A DNA stretch of 63,424 nt, counting the filler, from Stramenopiles sp. TOSAG23-6 (taxonomy: Eukaryota): assembly GCA_900128565.1 (NCBI GenBank). It is 9 parts of 9 records of this genome, joined end to end, with 100 filler letters (N's around TTAATTAATTAA, not from the genome) between each part and the next. Parts side by side here need not be neighbours in the genome. Positions count along the whole stretch, not along the records: positions 7,818 to 15,532 come from LT636529.1; positions 15,633 to 23,339 come from LT636530.1; 7 more parts are not named here. One strand, 5' to 3'. Below the pieces are notes generated by a model, which saw nothing but the letters and a program-made list of their open reading frames with translations, was not told the DNA's origin and did not search any database. The translations under genes and the position numbers were made by a program. This document shows positions 9,252 through 21,100 of the stretch, one piece after another. The first letter of the stretch is position 1. Every line of letters starts with the position of its first letter.

Positions 9252-11417
9252 ATGTCATCATTTGTTAAAAGACGTGAAAAGCCAGTTGCTTCAAAAGCTA
9301 AAAAGGCTGGAAAAATCGTTGCCAAAAAATTCAGAATAGCTGGACATTTTATGAAAAAAAAATCAAGAAAAGCCGGACACTTTATGAAAAAGAAAACCAA
9401 AAAAGCCGGACACTTCGCAGCCAAAGAATCAAAAATAGCTGGACATTTCATAGCCAAAGAATCAAAAATAGCTGGACATTTCATAGCCAAAGAATCGAGA
9501 ATAGCTGGTAAGGTTGTAGCTAAAGACATGAGAAACATATTCCATAAAACTAGTCACATCTTTGATCATTCGACTAGCCGTGAACACAGCCACGATTTAG
9601 GACAAATTCAGAGAAAGAATAAACTTCGAAATAGTAATCAAAACACTTCTGAGACAAAAACGAAAGAAGAATTAGCAGCCGAGGAAAGTTTACAAAAACG
9701 GCGTCTTAAGGAGGCTTTGGCATACGCATCTGTTAATGAAATTAAGCATCCACAGGTGATAATGACAGAAGAAGAGATTGAAGATATGGCTTATATTAGA
9801 GACAAACGAAATGTTTTTGATACTGCAGTAGTCGATGCACACGGGCAAAACCAAGGTTTGCATCTGTGTGTGAGCAAGATGATTGACTCTAGAGATGAGC
9901 TGAACTCGGAAATACTACAACTTTTGCGAGATAAGGCAATCTTGGAGAAGCAAGTTGCAGACATGAGCCATCGCTTAGACGTTGCAGATAAAAAACTTCT
10001 TCAATCTAAAGCGAGATACAACAGATTGGATGATAAAATTAGATACACAGAAAGAAGTCTTGAAAGTATAATGACTCAGGCGGAAACTTTAACTGAAAAT
10101 GTTTATACATTTAACCACGGCGATGCTGATTTTAGTGGAGACTTAAATCTTGAAGAATTCTTAGCTGCAGGCCTTGGTACCGCCGATGATTTTTTACGTG
10201 CAGATGTTGATGGAACTGGTACGGTAGAAATAACGGAACTGCGTGCTTTCAATGCTGATAAAAACCATGATGGTACATTGTCCCGAAGTGAATTTATACG
10301 AGCTCATTTGGGTTCTACATTAGGATTTGACAAGGCAGATACAGATGGGGATGGAGTGGTATCTCTAAAAGAAAGTAAAGCTTTCCTTGCTGAAATGAAG
10401 GAAAGAAGTTATGATGAAGAAGCCCCCGATGCAGGACGTGTAGAACGTGCTGGATGGGCTAAGCGAGCTGCAGATGCAGGTGGGATTGACTCTGCTGGAA
10501 CAAAGGCACTCGAAGTCCTGGAAGCATCGAAAGCACATATAGTAGAGGTGGAAAAGCAGCATATCAAAGAAACAAAAGAAACACATATTTTAGAAACCAA
10601 ACTGCCACACCCAGAAATTCGTAAGAGAATAAATAATACAGGTTTTTTAGTTGGAATGGAAGTAGAAGTTCAAATCAAAGAACAGGAAGACCATTATCAT
10701 CAAGGTGCAATTTTGTCAAAGCATAAAAATGATGATGATATTATAGTTTATGAAATCCTTTATGAAAATGGTGAACTAGAATCCAATGTTCCAGAATTGC
10801 GTATTCGTCATCCAAAAAGTGATATCATACAAGAACCTAAAATTTCAGAGGGCACAATCATTGAAGCACGTTATAATGGAGAAGATGGATGGTATGCAGG
10901 TACTATCACATCTGTACATAAAACAGGTGAGAACGTGTTTTATGATATAACATATGATGATGGGGATAAAGAGACACATGTGCGTGCAGGTCTAGTTCGA
11001 ATACCTCTAAAACAAGCATTACAACATAAAGCACTTGAAGGTTTTGTCGAGGGCACAGCAATTGAAGCACGTTATAATGGGGAAAATGAATATTTTAAAG
11101 GTACTATCACATCTGTACATAAAACAGGTGAGAACGTGTTTTATGATATAGCTTATGATGATGGCGATAAAGAGACACATGTGAGTGCAGGTCTAGTTCG
11201 ATTACCTCTAAAACAAGCATTACAACATAAAGCATTTGAAGAATTTGTCGAGGGTACAGCAATTGAAGCACGTTATAATGGGGAAAATGAATATTTTAAA
11301 GGTACTATTACATCTGTACATAAAACAGGTGAGAATTTGTTATATGATATAGCTTATGATGATGGGGATAAAGAGACACATGTCAGTGCTGAACTTGTCC
11401 GATTAGCAAATACATAA
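9252..11417 (+). CDS. Protein with basic 11-aa repeats, coiled coil, EF-hands and four Tudor/Agenet-like domains
   Basis: DADFSGDLNLEE, DVDGTGTVEITE, DKNHDGTLSRSE, DTDGDGVVSLKE; repeated EGTAIEARYNGE..YFKGTI...YDIAYDDGDKE. Confidence 0.8.
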   Translation: MSSFVKRREKPVASKAKKAGKIVAKKFRIAGHFMKKKSRKAGHFMKKKTKKAGHFAAKESKIAGHFIAKESKIAGHFIAKESRIAGKVVAKDMRNIFHKTSHIFDHSTSREHSHDLGQIQRKNKLRNSNQNTSETKTKEELAAEESLQKRRLKEALAYASVNEIKHPQVIMTEEEIEDMAYIRDKRNVFDTAVVDAHGQNQGLHLCVSKMIDSRDELNSEILQLLRDKAILEKQVADMSHRLDVADKKLLQSKARYNRLDDKIRYTERSLESIMTQAETLTENVYTFNHGDADFSGDLNLEEFLAAGLGTADDFLRADVDGTGTVEITELRAFNADKNHDGTLSRSEFIRAHLGSTLGFDKADTDGDGVVSLKESKAFLAEMKERSYDEEAPDAGRVERAGWAKRAADAGGIDSAGTKALEVLEASKAHIVEVEKQHIKETKETHILETKLPHPEIRKRINNTGFLVGMEVEVQIKEQEDHYHQGAILSKHKNDDDIIVYEILYENGELESNVPELRIRHPKSDIIQEPKISEGTIIEARYNGEDGWYAGTITSVHKTGENVFYDITYDDGDKETHVRAGLVRIPLKQALQHKALEGFVEGTAIEARYNGENEYFKGTITSVHKTGENVFYDIAYDDGDKETHVSAGLVRLPLKQALQHKAFEEFVEGTAIEARYNGENEYFKGTITSVHKTGENLLYDIAYDDGDKETHVSAELVRLANT
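10848..11403 (+). repeat. Three near-identical ~200-bp Tudor-encoding repeats
   Basis: TTGAAGCACGTTATAATGG and ACATCTGTACATAAAACAGGTGAGAA each occur three times. Confidence 0.85.
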
Positions 11418-11504
11418 ATTTATGATACTTTTATTTTATTAGATTTCGAGTTTCGCTATAAAAAAAAATTAGACACAACGTTAATTTAATACATTCATTG
11501 AACT

Positions 11505-13599
11505 TTAAACATTTGACCTGGGTGGAAGTGGCAAAAAATTTGGATTGTCTTTTGCTGCACCATTTTCAAGTTGTTCAGCTTTCCATGTTTCAATCTTAGA
11601 TGTTGGTGACATTGGCATGGTTTTCAATTGAACTGAGTTCCATTTATCAATCATCATTTTTGCACTTTTTGTTCCAATTCCCTTTAGTTTTGTCCTATTT
11701 GATTTGACACGGTTTTTATCTACACTATTGTTTTTCTTATGCTTTTTCTTATTAGAAAATTGACTTTGATTGTCAAGATGAAAACGTCTTAAGCGTGGTG
11801 ACGTCTGTGAGCCATCAAGACCACCTAAAAATATTTCAGGCTCAAAATCAAACAATGCTGAAGAGTCAGAAGCAATAATTGGCCTAATGGAAACTTTACC
11901 AACAAACGGAATGTATTGTGAATTTTTTTTTTTGAGTTTTTATTGTTAGGTACGAAATTTCGTACTAAAAAAATATTGGAAATGAATGATAAAAAAACGT
12001 ACATCATTTTTTCTTCTGATGAACTAAAAAGTTTAGCGGCTGGTGAAATTATCGAAGGAACCCAATCTTTCGAAAATCGTGGCATCATTCTCCCACCTGT
12101 TAGTGCAGAGTATGCAGCTCCAGTCAGAAGTTCACTTTCTAAGGTGAGTATAAAGTAAGCGTCTTTTGTATGAGAGTTACCACCGACAAATCGAATCCAT
12201 CTCTTACCACATAGTGCTGTTGCTAATGCAATATTATCAATACTCACAACACAATTATTATTTTCATCATCTTGAATATCTGATTTTTCTATATTTTGGG
12301 GGAGGTTAGGAGTAGACATAGCTTCTCTGTATAGAAGAATGGAACGCGAACGTATATCATCGACTGTTTTTCGTACTATATAATGTGAAAAAATATTTCA
12401 AAAAAAATTTCAAAATTTGTTAGGTACAAAATTTCGTATGAAAAAAAAATGTAGATAAAAATTGAAATGAAAACGTTCATTGGTTCAGACGAATATATAT
12501 TTCGATTTTTATCAAAACTTTGCGGTTTTTCAATTGATTCACTAGGATTAGTATTATTTGTTTGATCACTACATTTTTTACGTTTTCGTGTCAAGTTTTC
12601 ATTATTTGTTGGAGATGTGGGATTAGGGTTAGGGTTACAATTAGACCTTGAACCTTTCTTACCTGTAGTGCCTTTTGAATTTTGAATTTGCTGAGTATTT
12701 TTATCTCCTTTATTATCTGTCGGAGTATTTATTAAATGATCATTAATTTCAGATTTAATTCTTGTAGCTAATTCTTCTTTGATTAGGGAAGTAATTTCTA
12801 CAGGTGGCATTGTCAAAAGTTTTCGTAATACATCGCTTGGAATTTCAGATAAACACGAGGCTTTTTTTGATTCTTTTTTGTGTTTTTTGTCAATGTCTTC
12901 TTCTACAATAGTACTATTATTATCACTATCGGTGAAATTATTATCTTTCTTCCTTATATTGTTAATTTTGTTTTTCAATGCTAACATACGAGATTTATGT
13001 ATATCATATACTGAAGACTTTTTACTACGCTCGTCGGTTGATGTCTGTGAAGTCATCATTGGTTTGATTGTGTTTTTATCAAAAGAATTCAAAGATTTCC
13101 CTTTTTCTTTTATACTTGATGAATTTTTGATATTCATTATACCTTGTGACGAAATGCCTTTGTTACTTGAAGAACAAAAATCTGAGGGTTTTGCTGTTTC
13201 TTTAACTTGAACTATAGTGCTATTACTCGTGTCTCTACTAGTATGAGTTGTATTTGAAGTAGAACCAGGTCTAACCCAAGAAGTAACGCCTGTACTTTGA
13301 TTCCAAAAGTATTCTTTGCCAGAAACAGTATCTATCACTGAAGTCCATTCATCAGGAAGATCTAAAGTTTTGTTTTCATTTTTGAGTGAACCTGACGGTT
13401 GTCCATCTTCCACCTTTTTACTGTAGGCTTCCAGGCCTAATGAACTTAGTGATGTAGTTTTTGTCACCGAAGAAGCAGGAATTCCCGGATTTCTACCACC
13501 TGATTTATCTACAGTATTTGTATATCTACTCCTACTAAGTTGAGGTTTCACGGAAGTTGGACGTGAGCTAGGTCCAGAGCCTTTCTTGCGTCGACCCAT
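11505..13599 (-). CDS. WW-domain protein; exons 13599-12479, 12377-12003, 11910-11505
   Basis: LPDEWTSVID..SGKEYFWNQSTGVTSWVRP; removing two introner copies fuses three ORFs in frame. Confidence 0.75.
11911..12002 (-). mobile_element. GT-AT introner (92 nt)
   Basis: AT|GTACGTTTT...GTACGAAATTTCGTACCTAAC...CACAATACAT|T CCG; joins ORFs in frame. Confidence 0.85.
12378..12478 (-). mobile_element. Introner with GA donor (GA-AT, 101 nt)
   Basis: CCA AT|GAACGTTTTC...GTACCTAAC...CACATTATAT|A GTA CGA. Confidence 0.75.
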
Positions 13600-13874
13600 C
13601 TTTTATCATTTATTTTCTGCAAATTTCTCTACAATAATTTCGATTTTTTTCGATTTCTCGAGCGAGTCGATCTGTCACGCGACGCGCGTAAAATTCCTTT
13701 TTTTCGTGTGTTTTTTGCCGTTAAATTCTTGTTTCACATTGGTCGGTTAACTAATAATTTCCTCGTTTCCTCCAGTACCAGTGTACAACTGTCTTCGATC
13801 TGCCTTCTCTCGTTGAAAATTCTCACAACTCAATTGAAAACCACACTTTACGTACGCTAAAACAATCGATAACA

Positions 13875-14663
13875 ATGGGAAATACTTTGATGAAACTTTT
13901 TACTGGAGCAACTCTTCTTTCATATGCTGCTGGAGCCGCTGGAGCAGATAGGTCATGGGCGGACACATACCTTGCTCGTGGGGATGACCTGAAAGGCCTG
14001 CTTGACAGATATGCCGACGACCTCGAGACCCTAAAGGGCTTGGAGGCATACGAGGATTCTTCTCTGCGAAGAAAACTTCGAGAATTTCTTGAACTTGAGA
14101 AAGACGCGGATCTTACCGATTCACTCGATGACATCACCTTTGATATTTTGGAGAGCATTGCTGAAGCAGGTACAGAAAAAAATCGAATAAAGAGACAGAG
14201 ACAAAATTATGAAGGCAAAAAACGTTTATTCAAGCACCATGCACAGAACCATCCTGAAGGATTTGTAAGACGAAGCGTTCGAAATAAAGTTGCAAGATCA
14301 GACCACGCAGAACTTTATGATGAGGCACAGGAAGCTCGCAGAGAATACAAAGAAAACGAGGGCCAACCTATTTCATTAGGTAGGATTCATCAGGTTATGG
14401 GGGAAAATCAAAGACGATATGACTATGAAAAAGCGTATGATGAGGCCGAAAGTAACGAACAGATTCCTCAACAATTCAGAACTGCAGTGAATGCAGGAAC
14501 TATGAAGAAAATCGAGGTGATTGAGTTGTTACACCAACAGCAGATTGATCAACTCTATGATCAATTTGTGCGTCAAGGCAAGATAGATGATTTCTACGTG
14601 GACATGGTTAACAGAGGATTAGTATCTAAGATCGATGTGATGCGAGAAGAAAAGCTTCTTTAA
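13875..14663 (+). CDS. Intronless helical protein of unknown function
   Basis: 262-aa ORF, MGNT start, no family recognised. Confidence 0.6.
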   Translation: MGNTLMKLFTGATLLSYAAGAAGADRSWADTYLARGDDLKGLLDRYADDLETLKGLEAYEDSSLRRKLREFLELEKDADLTDSLDDITFDILESIAEAGTEKNRIKRQRQNYEGKKRLFKHHAQNHPEGFVRRSVRNKVARSDHAELYDEAQEARREYKENEGQPISLGRIHQVMGENQRRYDYEKAYDEAESNEQIPQQFRTAVNAGTMKKIEVIELLHQQQIDQLYDQFVRQGKIDDFYVDMVNRGLVSKIDVMREEKLL

Positions 14664-14768
14664 CTTTGAACTTGAAATTGTTTGGAATTTTGAAATCTGT
14701 CAAAAATCATCAAAACAAACAATTTACTATATCTTTTTGATTTCATGTCCAGCTAGGGATTTATATCC

Positions 14769-15467
14769 TCAAGGTTTTGACATATTATAAAAATCTATAA
14801 TACCAGTAATATTTTTTTTATAAATTTCAAAGAAATGAAAGATATATAATTCCCTACGTACATTATTTACTGTAACTGTAAACCATAATCTGCAATAATA
14901 GGTAAATGGTCACTGGCAGTGGTGTACACTGGCCATGTATTTTGGAAAAATATTTCAAAAAAAAATTCTAAAACATTTGTTAGGTACAAAATTTCGTACG
15001 AAAAAAAAATCGAATTTAAAAAAATTAAAACATACATGCATCACAACAACGCATGCCCTTACTCCACATATGATCAGTACATGTTCCATTCCAAACGCTC
15101 AACGGAATGCTTCCATAAAAATGTATTGTGAAAAAAACAATTTTACTAAAAAAAATTGTTAGGTACAAAATTTCATACGAAATTGTTTTTTTAAAATTTC
15201 ATAATAAAAACGTACGCGATTTCTAGACCGTTTCCATCCGCTGTGTTCTAATAACTCATTCACACCATGTATTTTGGAAAAATATTTGAAAAAAATCTAA
15301 AAAAAATGTTAGGTACAAAATTTCGTACGAAAAAAAAAATTAAATTTGAAATTGTGAAAACGTACATCATATAGTGGAATGTTAGCTTCTTGAAAATCTT
15401 TTGAAATTGCAGCCCACTGAGATTTATTATAATCTTGGGAGATGGCTTGGTTGAAATCTCCACCAAT
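14769..15467 (-). CDS. Endonuclease/exonuclease/phosphatase (EEP) family protein, 3' part; exons 15467-15366, 15266-15216, 15120-15036, 14934-(stop uncertain)
   Basis: Spliced reading IGGDFNQ...YD|GVNE...RNR|FYGSIPLSVWNGTCTDHMW...DA|WPVYTTASDHLPIIADY. Confidence 0.85.
14935..15035 (-). mobile_element. GT-AT introner (101 nt)
   Basis: GCAT|GTATGTTTT...TTTCGTACGAAATTTTGTACCTAAC...CCAAAATACAT|GG. Confidence 0.8.
15121..15215 (-). mobile_element. GT-AT introner (95 nt)
   Basis: CGC|GTACGTTTTT...GTACCTAAC...CACAATACAT|TTT TAT GGA. Confidence 0.85.
15267..15365 (-). mobile_element. GT-AT introner (99 nt)
   Basis: GAT|GTACGTTTTC...GTACCTAAC...CCAAAATACAT|GGT. Confidence 0.8.
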
Positions 15468-15532
15468 AAGTATTGTAAAAAAATATTTCAAAAAAAAAAT
15501 CGTTAGGTACGAAATTTCATACCAAAAAAAAA
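15468..15532 (-). mobile_element. Introner 3' half (apparent TT end), truncated by gap
   Basis: GTACCTAAC...TTACAATACTT|ATT GGT GGA GAT. Confidence 0.7.
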
Positions 15533-15632
15533 NNNNNNNNNNNNNNNNNNNNNNNNNNNNNNNNNNNNNNNNNNNNTTAATTAATTAANNNNNNNNNNNN
15601 NNNNNNNNNNNNNNNNNNNNNNNNNNNNNNNN

Positions 15633-15686
15633 AAATTTCGTACCTAACGATTTTTTTTACTAAAAAAATATTTTTCCAAAATACAT
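15633..15686 (+). mobile_element. Introner 3' half, truncated by gap (duplicated at 46807-46860 and 54575-54628)
   Basis: AAATTTCGTACCTAAC...CCAAAATACAT|A GAT GCA ACA GAA (EF-hand loop end DATEL). Confidence 0.75.
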
Positions 15687-18105
15687 AGATGCAACAGAAT
15701 TAGAAAATGTTATGGTGACTGCAGGTTGGTGCCTCACAGCCCCACAAATTCGAAATTTATTGAATGAATTCGATGATAATGGAGATGGTGTATTAGATTT
15801 TGGGGAATTTTTGAAAATAATTGATTATTTAAGAGTCCAAGAAGAAGATTCTATCATATCTGGTGAGGATACTGATAGCAGCGATGAAGACGAAGATAGT
15901 GAACAAGTTCATGAAGAAAAAAAGGATAAAGCAAAGAATCGTTTTGGAAGATTCAATTTTGGTAAGAAAGCGAATAATCTCCGAACCAAAAATTCGCGCC
16001 GAAATACTTTATTTAATAAGTTAACGGGTGTGATTAACAGGCCGAAACAAGTGGTGAAACTTCCAGAGAAAACAACAAAAGATTTTCCTGAGGTTGATAC
16101 CATTGGAATATCTTTGGCTATTTTGCAAAGGTTAGCTAGTATTGTCCCTGAAGGAATGACAAGTGGAGAACTAATTTTGTATATAATTCAGCCAGAAACT
16201 AAAGAAAAGCAGAGAAGTTTTCTTCGTGAAATTTGGAATTTACAGCAAAATAAGATTAAGGTAAATAATAATACGAAGAAAACAAGATTGTCAACGCAGT
16301 CTAAAACCAACGAAGATGAGAGGAAGAATAATATTGCAGATGCTCGTCGCTCTTTCAAATGGTCAATGTGTATAGATGAAACTAGATCATTAATTGGAAC
16401 TTCAACACATTATGTGTGTCACTCCTTGAGTTCATCATTTAGTGAAATGGTCGACGCCCTCACAAACTTTGAAAAACAATGGAAATCTGGGGAGATCGAA
16501 GGTGGGGGTCGAAAAAATGATCCTCGAACTGGAAAGAATATTGAAGCACCACCGATATATTACTGGATTGATATATTTTCTGTGGATCAAAATTTTTACA
16601 AAACTGAAGGGAAAGTAGGCAACCAGCTTCCAGATGACTTTTTTTCCAGTAAGAAACTTTCCAATTCTATGGGAGTCGATGAAGCTAAAAAAACTGATAA
16701 TAGAGCAAATATTGTGATGATACCAGGTGAATGGAATGATATTAAACCTTTAAATTCCCTCTTTTGTTTATGGTCAATATATGTTGCCATGACAAGAGAT
16801 ATTCCCAAAAGTGGAAAATGCCATAATACGAAAGAAAATCCATTGACGATTCAAGATAAATATTCTCAAGATACATCTAGTGGAAAGATATATTTAGCGT
16901 TTACGAAACAACAACACTTCAACTTAAGAGAAGCAATGCTTAGCGATTTTGATAGTGTTTTGTCATCATTTTCATCAATTGACTGCGAGAATGCAATTTC
17001 CTCGAGTACTAAGGAACGTCAAGATATACTTCTTAATGTAGAACTTGATGGAGTCGGGAATCTCAACAAAGTTACCGAAAATGCTATGCTTCACTGGCTT
17101 GCGGAACATGGGCTTCGGGAATCGGAGATACTGGAGGAACACCGAGGAAGCAAAAATGACGGTCTACAGTTGCTTCGACTGGGACTTTCAACATTACTGT
17201 GTCAGATTGGTCGACATGAAGATGCATCGCCCCTTCTTCGCAGTGTTGCACAGGCAAGAGAAAAAGTTATTGGACTGACAAATGCGAAGACTTTAGATGT
17301 TATGGATGCTTTTGCAAAAAATCTTAAAGATCTTGGAGAATTCGAAGAATCCGAAGCTGTTTATTGGCGTCTACTGAACGCTAGAGAATTTTCAAATGGA
17401 AGCGATGCAGTTTCTACCTTGATGTGTACCATTCATCTTGCCGATCTTCTACGTATGAGACAGAAATTAGCTCCTGCGCATAAACTCTACAGTAAAGCTC
17501 TTCAAGGCTACGAAAACATCGCAGGAAAAAATGCTAGATCAACACAAGAATGTCGCGAACGTTTGAAGTTACTTGAGCGGCACGCCAGTGCTGAAAAAGT
17601 GATATCACTTCATCGTCATGAACTTGCTAAATTTGAAAGAACATGCGGGCCAAATCACCAAGATACACTGGGGAAAGTCGCGCAACTCGTACATTCTTTA
17701 ATAGCAACTGAACGTCTTGACGAAGCCGAGAAGCTAATCATTGAACGAATTTTGCCTGGGTGGATTCCAAAGTGGAGTATTTCACATCCTAAATGTCGTC
17801 GAATAATAAGGCAGCTTGCAAAAATATGTCATATACGTGGCGAAATTAAACGTGCAAAAGCGTTATACGCTTCCCTCGGATGCGAAGATATTATTTGCGA
17901 GCAAAACGTTACATTTGCAAAAGAAATACTTTCAGGCCTTTCACGTTACAAGCAAGGAGATTCACTCTTAGAAATACGGAATCATGGCTCAAACAAGCAG
18001 CTGAAAATTTACCTGGCTAACAGAGGAGTTTCATGCGACGAGATAGACGAAGCCGAGCGTAGAATTAAAGTTGAAGACGACGAGCTACATATAGAAGGTA
18101 AATAA
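15687..18105 (+). CDS. EF-hand + HET-like domain + kinesin-light-chain-type TPR protein (5' truncated)
   Basis: DDNGDGVLDFGEF; HYVCHS, YYWIDIFSVDQ, LNSLFCLWSIY; TPR-like REKVIGLTNAKTL, CGPNHQDTL. Confidence 0.7.
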
Positions 18106-18142
18106 ATTATAAGTAAATACATTAATTTATTATCTACACATA

Positions 18143-21100
18143 TTACCCAAATAATATATCACCATTTGGAAGAGTTTTTGTTCCTGTTAAACGCAGTTGT
18201 GTTTGTTGAATAGTTTTATCTTTTAAATCATTAATTTTTTTGAATATGTTGTCGTGGTGATCAAATGTGATTCCCACAAGTGACTGTTTATTGGGTGCAA
18301 TATTTTTTCTATATTTTACAGTGTAAGACGGGTTTTCAGAATTATGTGATAGATCGATAGTTTGTAATTTTTTAGTAGATACATTAGCTTGTACTGGAAC
18401 TTCTTTGATGTCAATATCATCATTTTTTATTGACGCTTTGACAAGATGATGTCGAAGTATCGCTTCATGATGATCCTTTGATTCTTTGACCGCATTCAAT
18501 ATATGGGTTTTGTGGGCACTGCGCTCACGTTCCAATGTCAGTTCCAACTCAGCTGTTTTTTTTTTCACGAACTCATTTTTCATTTTACTTGCGTGTTCCT
18601 GAATCACAGCAAGTTCTTCCTCGTGTTTTTGTGCGAGTTTGCTGACTGCATCTTCCGCTGTCTCTGTAAGTCGAGCTAATTGGGATGCGAATGCGTCTTG
18701 ATCTTTCTGTCGCATCTCGGTAAATTTCTTCTGCTCTATTTCACAAAATTTGACTGCTTCTTCTTTGACGCGAACAATTTCAGCATTGTGTTTCACTTCC
18801 ATTGCCTTCACAGCAAATGAGACCTCACATAATTCAGCTTCATGTTTCGCTGACAACTTCTGTGCCATTGCGGTGATAAACTCTTCTTTTTTTTCTTTCA
18901 ATGTTTTCACTGCAATAGCTACTTCGGCTAACTCTGTATCATGTTTTGTCTTCAACTCTTTTATACGAAGCGCTACATATTCATTCTTTTTCGATTCCAT
19001 ATCAAGTTTCGCCTTAGAAAGCTCAGTTTCGTGTTTCGCAATTAATTCTGCAGTCGCCGCTAAAATAGCACTTTCGACATATTCTTCTTTGACTTTGTTT
19101 AATTTCTTTACTAGCTTTGTTTGATTTGAATAATTCAGCTCTCTGTCGGATGCATTTTTCTGCTTCAATGATGAAGTTACTTGGTTATAATGTATTTGGA
19201 ATTCTACAATCTTTTCATCTATTTTAAGTGCGTTCTTTGATGCGAGACTTGCAAGCTCATGTTCGTGTCTAAGCTTCAATGTTGAAATTTCTTGATGATG
19301 AACTTCATCTTTTTGCTTTTTTTCACACAAAATCAAGTCTTGAATTGCTTTCAATTGGTGTTCACTAGATTCACTATACTGTATTTTTTGTTTTTCAAGT
19401 TCTCCTTCCAGGAGTAAAACTTGATTTTGTGCGACCTCTACGGAACGTTTCGTCGTAGCAAGTTTTCCAGCTGAAATATCTCGTGCTTCCTGTAGCACCA
19501 ATAAATGATGCTCTGCGCATTCATCATATTGTGACTCCATCGCTTTCATTTTTTTTTCAAGGGCTGCAGTACGGGATTGAGATATTTCGTACCTTTTTTG
19601 TACTACATCAGCATTGTTCTGAACCGTTTCAAGTTTTTGTGTCAATTTGACACGCGCTTCTTCAAGCTCTCCTAAGTGATGCTCTGTAGATTCGCTATAC
19701 TGTAACTCCATTACCCTAATCTTTTGTTCAAGATCAGTGGCATTAGATTGTGCTGCATCTGCATTATGCTGAACTGTAACAGATGCCGTCTGTGCTTCTT
19801 GAAGAGCGATGAATTGTTGCTCCTCATGTTGGAAATATTGTGACTCTAATTTGTGTATGCTCTCCCTGAGAGAACATAACTCGCCCTCGTGCTGTTTTCT
19901 TAAATTCTCCACGAAATCAATATGTATTTTTTCCAAGGAGGCAATTTGTGCATCATAATTTTCTTTGGGATACATACGATGTTGAGAGACTGAAATACGA
20001 AGCTGCTCAAGATCTTTTTTCTTTAAAACAAGAGATGCTTCAAGCTCTTTACATTTCACCTCGTTGTTTTTGTATTGATCTGTCAGACGTTTATATTCTG
20101 ACTGCCAATGTTTCGCATCTTTCACAGCACGATCTAACTCAATTCTAAGTGTTTTATTATGTGAAGCTGCAGATTTTTCCTCAAAATCTTGCATCGCTTT
20201 TGCTAGAGCATTCTTTTGGACAGATGCAAGCTCATTCAAAGCGGATTCACGCTGTTTAGATGCATCTTGGAGCATACGTTTTACTTCAGATTCATGGCTT
20301 TCCTTTAGATGTTCAATTTCTTGGACATGTACATGACACAACTCGGACTCTCGGCGTTCAGCTCGTGTTTTAATGCAAGTACTATAGTTTTCCAACTCTG
20401 TAATTTTTTTGTGCAAACTCTCTATGCGATCTTCAAATTTTGTGTCATTCTCGACACATAAATTTTGCTTTATCTTTGATATTTCCTCATTAAGACGCGA
20501 TATCTCCGATTTATGCGAAGATTCGATTTCTTGCCGTTCTTTATTAAAATCTTTTAACTTTTTATTTAATGTAGCAATGGTAGATTGGAGATGACGAACT
20601 TCAGTTTCCTCAGATTCTTTCTCTGTAATTGTTATTGCAAGTCGACTTTGTGCTGTGCGAGCAAGATTGCGTAGCTCTTCTAATCGAGATTTAGCCAATG
20701 TTTGTTCATGGTCGGCAATTTGGAGTTTATTTTGTAACTCTTTAATACGATCAACATGCAGCCTTATACTTTCTTTATCTTTTAATTGACATTCCGATAA
20801 TTCAACATTTACTGATTTTTGTAATTCAAATTCACGACGTAAACGATCAACATCAGCATTATGCACAGCCAAATCTTTCATTTCACCTTGAAGTTGCATT
20901 TTAACAAATTTGCTATCTTTTCTCAGATCGTTTGCTATTTTTAGCTGTTGTTGTTCATGACGAACTCTTAAACGATTAATATCTTGCTGTAAAACATTTA
21001 TTTTACTTTCTTTCTCTGTCAATACAACTTTAGTATCATCTACAACATCTTGTAACTCACGAAGTTTCATTTCATTAGAATGACACTCACTCTTATAACT

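Noticed and set aside
14935-15532. CRISPR-like array of palindromic repeats with unique spacers
   Set aside because: The spacers are in-frame exons, repeats are ~100 nt and variable, context is eukaryotic, and no cas genes are visible.
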